Source: Daphnia carinata (Eukaryota). From it: DNA of 64,000 nt. The DNA lies in assembly GCF_022539665.2 (NCBI RefSeq), contig NC_081333.1:806001-870000 (forward strand), in the 5' to 3' direction. This document shows positions 25,136 to 38,044 of the stretch, piece after piece (the stretch's first letter is position 1; each line of letters starts with the position of its first letter). Below the pieces are notes generated by a model that saw nothing but the letters and a program-made list of their open reading frames with translations, did no database searches and had not been told where the DNA came from. The position numbers and the translations under genes are program-made.

Positions 25136-28100
25136 TTAAGGCACCAGTTCGTGAAGATCGTACAAATTGGCAGTGCAATTTTCTTTCCGGCTAGACCGTC
25201 TCGAGCGACGACTGCCAATTGGAATATCAGCCCTACTGATGATAAATCGGCCTTGGCGACTGTCGTTGGACTGGAAGGGGAAATTCCACGTGATTTTCCT
25301 ATTTTTTTTTTTTTTTAATGAACAAGCCTCAGTTTCATTGCTATATGTAAACTGACGTCATAGAATCGAACGTAACCCTAATCTATTTACCTTGTGGGTG
25401 AAGGTGTTTGCCGATGCGAATAGGCAGTAAACAGTTGTCTTTCTCTAGTTACCGTTCCCAGTTTGACCTTAACGGCAGAATCGGTTTGTTCTGTCACTCC
25501 TTTAGGCGATGAGACAGACCTTTCAAATCGCTGAATACCTGGATGTTTCAAAGATTGGTCGATTGATCGAGGACTATTTAAATTGTGAGACGGTCGCTGG
25601 ATGGGATGCCATGTCATCTGAGTGATCTGTAGAGAATTCAAAAAATTTCTTACCAAGACAATACTTGAATGAATTTCAAATTCAAAATCACCTGAGGAGA
25701 AATGTAGGCACTCTTCATTCTAATTGTTTGGTAAACAGGATCCGTGAAAATTTGTTCAACGCAATTCCGCCAGCCGTCGTCTTTTGCATCACTTTCCTCT
25801 GCCAATTTAGCGTTAATATCATCGTGGATCCTGTTGCATCATTTATGAGTGTTGTTACTACTGCAGTATTTAATTTCCATGTAGACTTACCGAGATATTA
25901 AGCTTTTAGCTTCTTTTCCAGTCAACGTCCTGTTGTAATTCCGTACTTCCCTAATGTCGTGGCTCCAGAATCGCCTTGTGTTGGGTGCCTCTTTGTCGGG
26001 TGCCACTTCCTTGATCTAAAACGAAATAGACAATTGAGTTAGTGTGTGACATTTAGGCTAAAAGATATCGATTATTTATTACCTTGAGGACGATAATGCC
26101 CATCATTACTATGCAAAAAATGTTCAGAAGAGTTAAACACAGACTAACTCCACCCAGCAGCAATGCCTTTGTGAATAATAGAGGAATATAAGGCGATTAC
26201 TACATGAATGTGAATTGAAATTATGAAACCTGGTTACCTCTTCGGCCATGTTAGTCGAATAAGACACCGAGTAAGTTGACGGCGCAGCCAACACGCTGTT
26301 ATTGCCCGAAATTTGGAATTCAACATACTTTGTCAATGCAGCTGCCCATAGCAAACCCTGGAAAGTGACGTAATTCCATAATAGATAACAACGACATTCG
26401 TTTTTATTTTTTCAAACGGTTAAAAGCAACCAAATTGAAAATGCGCGACTTGACTTACCGAATTAACAACGGGTGGTAATAAAGAAGCAGATATTGCTAC
26501 TCCGACTAGCGATCCCACATTGCCTCCTGTGTTTTAATGAAAGGAGTAACTTAGGATTAGCAGGTTTTCGTTAGTCATGAGTTATTACTTACCCAGTACA
26601 CTGAGCGCTACCCCAGCTCCAGAGGGCAAGGCGATCAGTACTCCAACCCACAGTGATCGTAACTGTCCTCTATTAATTTGTAACTGCATGATTAATGAAT
26701 ATGTAAAATAATGGCGATTTGTTATTACAAGTACCTCGCAACCATTTCGTCTTTGAGCCAAAAACCATCGTCCCAGTTGACAATGGAACTGTAAATGATG
26801 CCGAATACGAATCCGAAAGACAGGCACAACGCTAATCCGATTAACTCAGTTTTAACACCCAGCCTCTATTTGATCAAACACGATAGTAGGCTATTAAGTG
26901 TTTAGAAAATTATTGCATAGTCTCTAAATGTGACTTTTTAGGGGATAATGTCAGCACATTTAGGACTTGAATACAAGTAGAAGGTATTACCTGAAGCGTC
27001 CTGTCTTGAATCACAGTGCCAAATGTTCCCGCTAAAATTGGACCCTTTAAAAGTTGGCGGAATTATTAAAGAGCACTCAGTAGTTAGGATATAATTAATG
27101 ATTAGCTCCAGGATGTGACGCAATTAGAAACACATTCAAAGTAGATGAGTTATTGAGATACACATAAATGAAAGTGGCTAGTAGAACTGTCGCAAATGCC
27201 GACAACTAATGCCCTAATTCGCCCACGTAACAGTAGCGGCTGTGACGTTAATAGTATGAAGCCTTCGTGACAGTTAAAATTCGGTTGAATGTGCAAAAGG
27301 CAGGAAGAAAAAAGGAATAAATTAACGAAACGAGACTAGAAACTTCCACTTCTACAGCATTGTAATAAAGCGAACGATTTTTCTCACCATCATAGGGGAC
27401 ACTGCAAAGAAAAGTAAGGCGTTAAATCAGTTTAGGACGAATTAATGTTAATGCACGTTTCTTACCCAACATCGACGCGACGAGTACGACTGATGAATTT
27501 TCAACTAATCCCAACGCTGCCAACATCCTGTTAAAGTAAATTATAATTTTTGGCGTAGATTTAACAAGGAAGTAGTTATTAATGCGCTTCGGGAGATGCG
27601 CCACGGTTAATATTATGGCATTAAAAAAATAAAAGGATATAATATCACGAATGCGCTTTTCTGAGAAAGCTGTATCACTTTTTGTATAATGACATCAATA
27701 GCAAATGTTAGTTCGTCTACGTGACAGCGCCATATAGTGCGATCGAAGGGTGTGTACACAATGCAGAGTAGACGTACTCTGCAACTCAGGGCTTGCAATA
27801 AGCTTCCGGTGCAAGTCATAGTTTTACTTGACAAAAGTGAAATGAGTTTACTTGAAGCACACGCTTGTTCGCAATGTCACCATTATTGCAACAGACGTTT
27901 TTATATAGCTGCAGGCAGTATTTCCGAAGGCAATCATCGAATATGCCTATCTATACGTGCACGCAACAAGCTTGCGAAACGACTAAAATTCGAGCAAATG
28001 GAACTAGATCGTCATAAAAACGCTATGGGTTCCAAATCTATATGATACATAAAGCGTGACGTGTTTTGAATAGAAATAAATTTTTCTTTTTTTAAAGCTT

Positions 28101-29484
28101 CGTTTGGTCGAAACGGTATAAATAAATTGTTTGAATACGTACCCAGCAAGTAGGACGAACATGATAAAGTCAAAGGAAAGCACAGCGCTTTCACGAACCC
28201 CTAATAAAACACAAATTTTAATATTAACGCATAATCAAAAGTTTTTCTGGACAAAATAAAAATTAATGTTGCAATTCTTATACCTTCGACGACTTGGGCA
28301 ACGGCAAGTCGTGACTTGATGGATTGAACGAACTGGTTCTTCGAAGTTTTCGGAAGCAGACCACGCTCGGCGGCTTTTTCCCTGATTTCGTGTTTAGAAA
28401 AATTTCAACAATAGATGATCTCATCAATGATGGTGGAAGTTATGCAAGTTTTCTTGAATCAATTAAATCGAACATTAGCTCACCCGTCAGTGTCTGCATC
28501 AGATTGGGCCTCTCCATCAGTATTTTCAACTTTGTCGTCTGCGAAGGCTTCCTGACTGTTGTACTGCAAAGAGCACGGCAGTACGCTAAGAATAACGTAA
28601 ACAAACACACGAATATTTAACTAACTTGTGTCTTCAAACACCGCATAGCCAACCATGGCCATAACAGAATTAGTCATTGATTTTTACACAATTTTCACAT
28701 CGAAGAATTTTATTCTAAAATGTTATGCATATTCATGAGGAATCTTACCTTAATTTGGTGTCGTAAAGTGAACCAATCCCCAAAACCCGTAATTTCTGTA
28801 AAATTTCTTCGGAGTCGTTTTTGCCAGAAGGAAAGCTGACCTATCGTTGGCACGCAGCGAAAAAAAAAAAAAAGAGGAAGGCTTGTATTTTCATGGGCAG
28901 ACCCCTCCTACCCTCGAAGCTAAATAGAACACATTGTTTTATTACACTACCTGGTGATATTTATCATTGCTAGATATGCTCCATACAACGTCGTTAACCT
29001 TGAGCTCTTCGAGGGTCGATGTAAGAGCCTAGACATGAACGAAAAATAGAGGCAGATTAAATTTATTCATAAATTACGAATTCATTTCGTAGAGATTCAA
29101 ATGCTAATTACGCTAGCTATGGAAGCGAAAGTGGATTGGCCGGGCTCGTCACCTTGCTGCCCTGTCAATTCAGAAAAGGAAAACACCTTCGTCAGCAACA
29201 ACAGCGTTGGCTCATTCCTCTTGTCTGCGTCAGTGTCAACTTAAGGTAAGTGTAAACAGAATACCTGACGCGTCCAACAGACGTGTCGGTTTCAAACTGG
29301 TATCCTGGCGACGACTTTGAAGCAAACTCGATTCCTGGACAGATGCCAAGCCGAGAAACCCTTTGGTATTGACACTCTGAGCGAGTTGACTCGCTTTTTT
29401 GCCTTCAGCATTTTGATCGCGATCGGCCAAAAGCTTTTGTTCGTAGGCCGCCGTAGGAATAGTCAAAACGAAATAAGCCGCCAT
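25136..29484 (-). CDS. DUF389-family multi-pass membrane protein of unknown function (~656 aa)
   Basis: Hand-spliced exons in transcript order: 29484-29265, 29161-29112, 29028-28951, 28840-28749, 28585-28484, 28381-28284, 28200-28143, 27527-27466, 27401-27388, 27044-26991, 26865-26735, 26669-26593, 26526-26459, 26357-26238, 26166-26083, 26015-25891, 25830-25692, 25626-25391, 25298-25136. Total 1971 nt, phases consistent. The core reads FDFIMFVLLAGMLAALGLVENSSVVLVASMLVSPMMGPILAGTFG...GVLIALPSGAGVALSVLGGNVGSLVGVAISASLLPPVVNSGLLWA...SLCLTLLNIFCI, matching the DUF389 hallmarks (aMLiSPLmgPi, lvGVAIa.aLlPP). An acceptor at 29503-29502 implies an upstream non-coding exon. Confidence 0.88.
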
Positions 29485-32400
29485 GTTGACGTCACTCTTG
29501 TCTAGAAACCCCTTTAACTACGTTTCTTTGAAACTTGAATTCTCTCGCACTTATCCACTTTGGTTTCAGTCGGCGAATTTCGTTAATTAAAAACAAGCAA
29601 TAATAAACAAAACGTACGGCTTTTAAATACCTTAACGTAATTTTCAAAGGCACTTGCAGTTTGGACTTTTTCCAGAAGACGTTTACGGTTGGGGAGAGCC
29701 AAGGAGATTTAGCAAACAATTCTTAAAAATAGTATCACGGTAGGTTGTGCACATCTGCCATGTCACGACGATGAACACACACATGAATGCCTGCCCTTCA
29801 GGACTTGTGTGTACGTTGTTAGCTCGATCTAATATTACACTCGTTGAAAACATATATAAAAATGAAAAATAGTGTCGATTTCAACTTGTTGTCATGCTGA
29901 TGCGCCCTGAGGGTGTGAACACTTGAACGATCTCGCAGACACTACGTTCTCAATAACCCGAACCTTTTTATAAAAGGTGATCGGAAGCTTCCCGGCTGAC
30001 ACCGTAAACTGGTTTTCTTGTTGTTCCTGATTAACAATTTTGTAAACGAGAGAAAGCGAAACACTCGATCACACAGCCCATACACAGCATCTCCTTTTTT
30101 CGAACACTCGTTTAAGCTGCATGGTTGCGTAAGTAAAGCAGGTTTTGTTTTTATTCAACGTGGTTTTAAAATTGTATCCAGGATCGCACTTTGATCTAGT
30201 TATGGTATAACAAGTCGAGATTAAAGAATCTTAAAAGGAAACAACACATGGTGAGCGTAATTCAATAAGGGTGGCGTGACGACAACCAAATATGAAGTTG
30301 ACTACGGACGTGGTAGGCAACGACTGAACAGCTGAGAGATACAGAGCCCTCAAACTAAGCTCTCCTGCCGTTCACTTTTCCCCAGTTTCTAAACAGAAAC
30401 CATTGACTAACGGATCTGTTGTACTTGAAAAAATATGTTTTCATTGTAACGCTGCGGTGAGAATGAGGTCAACGTACATTTTTTTTTTTGTTCGGGACGG
30501 GAGGAGAGGTTTGTATATTCAAGGTTACGTAATCGTTGGGAAAAAAGGGGTTCTGCTTGAAAGCAAACCGTGTCATTCGTGACAAATCTAATGTATGTAA
30601 AGTTCATGAGTCATCGGTTGGCTTGAAGGACAGTATGGCGAAATAGTTTATCTTATCAGTTTAATAAGTGCAAGGAACTTCATAGAATTGTGAATATTTC
30701 TTTGAATAATCAGGATTTTGATGGTTAGGTTCTTTTGGCGATATTGCTGAACCGCAATAATTCGTGCGTACGTGTAAGACCGTGTCCTATCGTGTCAAGA
30801 ACTATCGTAACCGCAAGACGACAGTCTCACCACACGACCATACTTGAAGGTGATTATTTATTAGTGTCATGTTCTATCTTGAATCTAATCGAAACCAACC
30901 TTTGTGGTCGTAATCGTTTTTCCTTTAGTTCTGTTTTGTTTTGTTTTTTCTTCCCTTTCTTTTGTGCTGATAAATAGTCTTACACGAACGAGCACTGCAA
31001 CCTTGCATCATAGCTCTATGATAGTGCATGTTGTTCAGACTAGACTAATGTTTAGGTGTGCCTTAGCTTTCGATTATGGGTTTCTTGTTCAACCTTGAAA
31101 TAGTTATTTTTTTTCTCCTCTGTCTCCCTAGCTCTCTCTTTCCTCCTCTCCCTAGCTCTTTGTTTTTTTCCCTTTCTCTCCTTCCCATCTTCAATCTCGA
31201 CTTATTGTTATTGTGATACTCCTAGGCCTGACATTCGAAGCTGATTATTTTTAAAGATTTCCTTATACGTAGTCAGTCGGGAAGGTATCTAACGTACCAG
31301 TCGTGATATGTTGAAGCCCATTTGTTAGCCAGAATTTCAATTTATTCACGGCTATATTGCTGGGATAACCTTGAGTGCATTGGTTCGGTGGGATATACGC
31401 ATGAGGATGGAAGACGAATCAAGTCGAATTTGAATGGTGAATTTACTCTTTTCAGACATACAATTTCTCTCCTTTTTGCAGATAATCCTGTTGGTCGTGA
31501 TTGTTTGGATGTTTGTTTGTCTATTTGGGCATTATATATGCATATAGTTTCCTTTCGCGGATTAGGAAGATAGACGCATTTTCCTACGTCTTTTGACACT
31601 TCAAGGATAGAACCCACAATCCTGCGAAATTGGTTTTAGCCCTCAATTTTGCACGGTTATTGCAAATCAGTTATGTACAGTGACAGAGAGGAAGAGGGGA
31701 ACGTTGATGAAATGTATGATTGTACAATAGCATTTCAGAAACCAAGCCATTTCTTAACTTTGGCGGTATAAAATTTACGGCTATGCTTTCTGTAGCGTTG
31801 TTGTCATTTCGTTAGGGAAATTGATCATTTTCAACTGTTTTGTTCTACCGAAAGTAACCTGTTTTTTGCGTTAGCGCCAAATACGTGCAACATATATGCC
31901 AACAACATACACGCCAAATATATGCAAACACGAAAACACCAAATTTCGCGAGGGCACTGGGAACAAAGTTATCGGTGAATACATTCTTTGTTGAACAACT
32001 CTTGATTTACGAATTTTCATTCGCAACATAAAAAACTAGCAAATAATAAGACACCCGATTGAACGTTGCACACTTTTCAAGCATAAAATCGTTCTCGAAA
32101 ACGTAAAGTTCTTTACGACACAGGGCTGGAATTAGATTGCCCCCCTTTTTTTGGATTTTTCGTTCAAATAAAGAAAATAAGAATGTAAAACAAAGTTGTG
32201 ATACGCTTATCTGTTTACCCTCTATGGTTATTGCCAATGCGCATCCTCCGCCACCAATTGTTTCGCAATTCTCTAATCGAAAACAAAAAGAACTCATTGT
32301 CGTTTGTCAATGACAGCGGGTTTAACTTCCTTTGACCCAGACTCGTATATTTCGCTTTCTACGTATGACGTGAAATGCAGCTTTTCTCGCACTTGATGAC

Positions 32401-34679
32401 AGCCGTCTCACAACTGTGTCGTTTGGAATATGTAAAATCGTTTGGGGCTTAAAAATGGGAAAAATGAAAGTTTGAAAACGTGAACAAAAAACAAGACAAC
32501 AACAAAAAATGGGGTGTCATTACAATCATCGTTATAATCAACCTTTCTCTTTCGTCGCGTTCGAGTGCAAAGTACACCCCCCATATCGGTGTCATTCACG
32601 TGATGAAAGCGGGCATTTGCTGATCACGAATGGCGCCCAACTTAAAATAAGATTGTCGTTGTTTCCAGATTTAAAGCCTCAATGTACGAAATATAAGCTT
32701 GAGTATTGTCGTTCAACCCTGGCACACTTGCAGATAAATCAATTGCACGTGAAAACGACAAGTGGCAAGTTGGACCTTAATGGCGTTGCTGGAATCGGCA
32801 TGCATTGTCATTAACTCAATGCTGCATTTCTATTTCCTCGAGGTCTTCGTCTAAACTTTCCCGTTGGCGTGACACGTTTGAACACAATTTTGTGTGTCAT
32901 TTTTATTTACGCGCCCAACGCAATGCTTTTTCACGCAGGCATTCTCTTGGTGTCACTGCATAGCTTCGCCTGCATAACCATAAAAAGCTCTCGTCATTTC
33001 ATCTCTAAATAAAAAAAAAAAAAAAAAAAAGAATGTCGGGCAGTCTATTTGTCACTCTGATGGTAACAAATAATAAACAAACAAAGCAACGGCATTCCTG
33101 GGCATTTGTTGAAGGAAGTAATTCAATTTCTTTTGTGTGTGTTTGTGTGTGTTGAATATACTGACATCCGGCGTGAACTTTGTAATTACACGCCACCGGT
33201 TTGTTGTTGTTTTGTTGACACGTCCGCGTATGAAGGGTATACGACATTTGACCTCCTTCTTCTTTTTCCGTCCATTAACTGCGTGGCAAAAGAACCGGGA
33301 ATATTGCGGACGTTCGGCTATTGTGTAATTGAAAGCGAGTTTACACTCGAGGCGTTAGGTTTTGTTGCCTATTTTTCGTACGTTTGTCTGAATTAAAATA
33401 GCTGTTTGTTTCACATCACAAGAAAGTTGCGTGGACATTCAAGATTTACATGGTTGGCCTTATTTATTTGAAAGATGTATTTTCACTTGACATGTCGACA
33501 ACAATATAAGATATTTAGAATTTTCCATTATAATTATAGTATGTTTGTATAATCGTATGCTGTATGACATTATAACCGTACCGAAATGCAGATTCTCTTC
33601 GGTGCTATTCCGTGTTTTTAAAGGATGTTAAGTGTATTGCGGGTCACATAACGAAATTGCTTTTTTTTTTTCAAACGGATAGAGCTAATCTGTTCGTGCA
33701 TGCCTTTACCGTTCTACGTGCCACGAATCACGAGATTTATGTGTCTAAGACTTTATATGAGACGATGCCAATAGAAACTATGAACAGGGCACACAGACAC
33801 ACACACATACAAAATTGAAACCGGTACACACAAGAAGACAAACGCACGTCATGGAACAAATTCTTTTTCATCATGCACACTGTGCTCTCTAGAGATAGAA
33901 GGCACCGTTTTATATGTGTGAACGTATACGCACTGTATCGTTTGAAAACATTGGAGGTTCATTCGATTGCGAGTTCTGACGTGTGTACGTATACTTTACA
34001 CTCAAAATCAATGCCACGTCGATTTGCTTCACAAAAAGAAAAAAACGTATAGAAGACGCAGGTATTTTTTTTTTTTTTTTTTTTGTTTCGCCCTCGAAAA
34101 CACCATTGCGAAATATAAATGGCATGTCGTTCTGCATCCACAAATTCAGTCACGTAGACACGAAACGTAGCAAAACGAATTACGGCCAACTATCATTTCA
34201 TGTACATCGTTTCATTTTCGCACGGCCCGGCTTAATTAATATGCTGTACTTGTGGGAAATCTCTTCACTTTGCATTCGTAAAACGTCATAGATGAAGGTA
34301 AAGTGAATAGTTGATTGATGAGGAGGGAATAGATGATCAACGCGCTTGTACAATTTAGAGCTGTGCTTTTCCTCTGAATCAAAATTCGCACGCTTTGCCA
34401 AGTTGAGATTCAGACAAAAAAAGAAAAAAAAAAATAGAATGATATCCCAAAGGCACTGGAACAGTCCCCGTGGCAAAAAACCATCGACCGACAATCATGG
34501 CCAAAATTACACATTCGCACAGCCATTCATTCCAAAAGGCAAGGTTTTTTTTTTTTTGTCTTTCTAATATTTTTCCATGAGATTGAATTGGTGTTTTACA
34601 GTTGAGTGATGACGGTTATTTTTAATGAGTGGAGAGCTTGCTGTACAACGAAAAGGAAAAATGAAATGTGATTCCGCCT

Positions 34680-37600
34680 TCAAAAAAGTGAGCGCTCGTG
34701 CTGTTCAACGGGCGGGTATGCCGGACAGTGAACGCCACGACTCGTTACTGTGATAGCAACGACGCCGTTGGTCCTTGCTGACGATGGCAATACTTGTTCA
34801 GCCGTGTCGTCTTTTATTCTACCATTGTTATTTTTGCTGAGCAGTTGGCTTTCGTTCGCAGTGGTGTCCATTCGCTGCTCGGTCGTCTTCTTTTCTACTT
34901 TGACAATGCGCCCTCTGTGCCCAGCTCGTGCAGTCAAAGGGAATAGGCCTTCGCACTCGTCACTCACTGCCGGGTCAACCGGTTGGCCAGTTTTGTTTCG
35001 TTTCCCCTCGTTAGTGTAGTAAGACGCTGCGTGACGTGACACTATGGCCAACGCGGCACACACGGCTGCCACTAAAAGCACTGCGACGCCACACACAAGT
35101 GCCAGATAGAGTGGATTTTCCAGGAAGATAACAAAGCGTCCCATTGGCGTTAACGTTGCACCGGCAGCTGTGGCTGGTTTGCTGGGCAAGCCCTGCGAAT
35201 CGATTAGCATGGGCGGGTAGTTACAAGTTGGCAGATTGACGTGGTCCAGTCGAGGCAATTCAACTCCGGCCACGGCCGGCGGATCTTGGCAGACTGGGCA
35301 CGGCTGAGCGCCGTCGTCGTTGATATAGTCGGCCGTTAAGTTACCGGCGTTCGTCTTAAGTCCTCGGCAACCGTCTTTAATATGACGACTGGCCGGCGAA
35401 ATGTCCAACCATTTGAGCATTGGGCCTATGACGCAAGCATCGCAATACCTAAACAAACAAACAAACAAACAAAAAACAGTTAAAAGAAAAAGACAAGATT
35501 AAGAAGCACTTGAGTCATTGAACAACTAGATTTAGGCTCGACAATACCATGGATTGCCGTGTAAGTAGATGCGCCGTAAGCCCTGCAGAGATGATAGGGC
35601 GCCAAGGGATAGATCCGTGAGACTCGACAGTTTGTTGTAGGACAAATCCAACTGGCGGAGGGACGGTAGTGATCGTATTACTGGATTTTTAACCAAATGA
35701 TAATAAGGTAAACGAATTGAGATCAAGAGTCTGAAATAGCGAAAAACTTTTAGTTTTTATAAAAAGATTTAGTTTTTATACCCTCGACTGGCAAGTAATT
35801 AAAAGCGGTGCCGGAGAGATTCAGGCTTTTTATTCCATGATGGAAGGAGAAGAGATCCGTTTGGAAGTGCTGATCGCGGCCGATGGGAATATCTGCAACG
35901 TCAAGCTCGCTCAGATTGAGTTGCACACGCGGACTGAGAATCGATGACCAGAGGTGGGAGACCTGAAGTGGATTGGCTCCAATTTTAAGCCGGCGGAGGG
36001 ACTGATTGAGTGGCAAAAAGACGAACGGGTCCAAGCTCTGGAGACGGTTGCTAGAGAGATCGAGTTCGGTGACGCTGACATTGGCGAAGGCGGCGGGATC
36101 TACCGTCATCATGCGATTTCGCGCCAACGACAACGTCGTGAGGTTATGACCTGGAAGAGTTGAGATTAAAATAAAAGGATATGTAAACAACAGGAAGGAA
36201 ATACAACAGTAAAAAAAAAAAAAATAAATAAAATGAAAGAAAGGGAACTTTATTTTCTTTTGAGCGTCACCGTAGTGGTACACCCGCTACGAGTCGAAAA
36301 CTAGACAACTGATAGTTTCGCTCTTCTTCGTCCCTCACAACAAAGATGACGCAAAATATAGAGCCTTTCAAAGTTTATCGCTATAGCGAATAAAAAGCGC
36401 TGACAAAATTGCACACCCTCGAGACTATACGTTTATACCTCCTGTATTATTCTATGGAGACGACAAGGTTCGGGAAGTATATTTCGTTCTAGCTGTGCGC
36501 ACGAAAACTTCTATTGATGATTGTTTAAATAAAACCGATCATCTGGAAGAGATACTCGAATAAAAAGTGGACAAGAAAAATGCTACAAAAAAATTCGGCG
36601 ACTGGTTTGGCCAAAAAGGCGGATGTTACGTAGCGTTCCATCTGAAGCCAGCGTCATTGGATGAAACTCAAGTCAGAAGAAAAGTTGTTGTTGAGTAGCA
36701 TAGCTGGACTTGGTAGTCTGGCAATGTATTCAAATAGCTTTTATTTTTATGTTTCCGCTGGCATTTGCGAAAGACAAAAAAACATGAAAAACAAATGAAA
36801 GTAGAAGACAAGTTGTGGACCTTTTAACGCGCAGAAGCTGTTCGGAGTGGACTTCTTTCATGAATGAAGACATTTTGCTCTAACAATACGACCATGAACT
36901 CCCTAGATCATTGCTGCAAACTCAAAATTTGAAATTGTTTTGGTTGCCGAATTGTGTTCACGAGAAGTTCCATTTAGATAAGTCAGACGCAGCGGTCCGA
37001 ACTTCGCTTTTTTCATTGATTAATTTCGAATGAATTTCTTATTAGCAGCGCAAAAAATCAATACGGTTTCAGTTCATTTCTCACCTGTTAATACGCCACC
37101 GGTGAGCACCGTCACGTGATTGCCGTCCAGATAAAGATGCCGAAGCTTAGGAAGGTCTCCGAACGCATTCTTGTCGAGATAATGAAAGCCGTTTTCTCCC
37201 AAATCGAGCGTAACGATGTCGGGGAGCAAGTGCAGCAGCAGCGGATTGATGTACGTCAAACGGCAGCGACGGCAGCGCAAAGTGCGCAGGAGGCGGACGT
37301 CGCGGAATACTTCGGGTTCCAGTTCTTGCAGCGGATTGTCACTCAACTCGAGTTCTTCGAGTCGATGAAGCCCGTAGAAGAGGCGCGGCACGAATTCCGA
37401 GAGATGGTTACGCGCCAGCGAGAGACGCTTCAAGGCCGGAAGATGGCGGAATGCCGCCGAAGGAATGGAATCTATGATGTTGCCATCCAGAAGGAGATCC
37501 TCCAAAGTGATGAGGCCCCGAAAATTGGACTCGACCAGCGCCGATATATTGTTTAGCGATAAATCGAGCGTCCTGAGCGATCGAAGGCCCCAGAACGAAT

Positions 37601-38044
37601 GTTTACCGATGGCCGGTACGAACGAGTTGGTAATTTTCAGTTGCTCTAATTTCGCTAGACTCTGAGTGAAATAGAAATACATTACCATGAATTTTTTTTT
37701 TTTTTTTTTTTATGTCAAATACGATGAACATTTAAATGTTTTACCTGGAATATGGGACCGATCGTTAACGAGTTTGGCTTGTCGTCGGGCGCTGTTATAA
37801 TTAGCACCTCAGTCAGAGGATCCATGGCTCTTATGGGGATGGGGTCTCCCAGATCACCCCTGTCACACACGACTTTCACACGGCCGCGGGGGTCGAGCCC
37901 GCATCGACACACTTCTGCGGGACAGTTGAACGCTTCGCCAACGCTGTTAGACATTGATAGCTCGATGGAGGCGGCCGTAAAGAAAAAACTGGCCATCACG
38001 GCGTTGACGACAAGCAGCCGCAGGTAAAGTCCCGAAGCAATCAT
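34680..38044 (-). CDS. Leucine-rich-repeat type I transmembrane protein (~715 aa), probably reduced ocelli (rdo)-like
   Basis: Exons 38044-37745, 37661-37085, 36150-35782, 35680-35548, 35448-34680; 2148 nt, phases consistent. Signal-like N-terminus, LRRNT (CPAEVCRC..VVC), many LxxLxLxxN repeats (LRTLDLSLNNI, LKRLSLARNHL, LRHLYLDGNHV), LRRCT (GNPWYCDAC..C..P..C), TM LYLALVCGVAVLLVAAVCAALAIVS, ~110-aa tail. The rdo assignment is from recollection of similar arthropod proteins and is unverified. Confidence 0.92.
35451..35470. repeat. (AAAC)5 microsatellite forming the (GTTT)n acceptor tract of the last LRR intron
   Basis: Read directly; adjacent to the minus-strand acceptor AG at 35450-35449. 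Confidence 0.9.

Noticed and set aside
27613..27834. Possible alternative exon in DUF389 intron 7
   Set aside because: No similarity to neighbouring exons and no convincing splice sites.
29153..29224. Alternative longer exon 2 for the DUF389 gene
   Set aside because: Would need a 40-nt intron; a better branch point, pyrimidine tract and CAG define the exon start at 29161.
34670..34682. Stop-codon readthrough of the LRR gene
   Set aside because: The context is TGA-A, not the leaky TGA-C, and no other support was seen.
35731..35781. 51-nt intron option in the LRR gene
   Set aside because: Gives an immediate in-frame TGA; the acceptor giving exon start 35680 preserves the LRR frame.
37116..37556. 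146-aa plus-strand ORF
   Set aside because: Antisense shadow of a GC-rich LRR exon.
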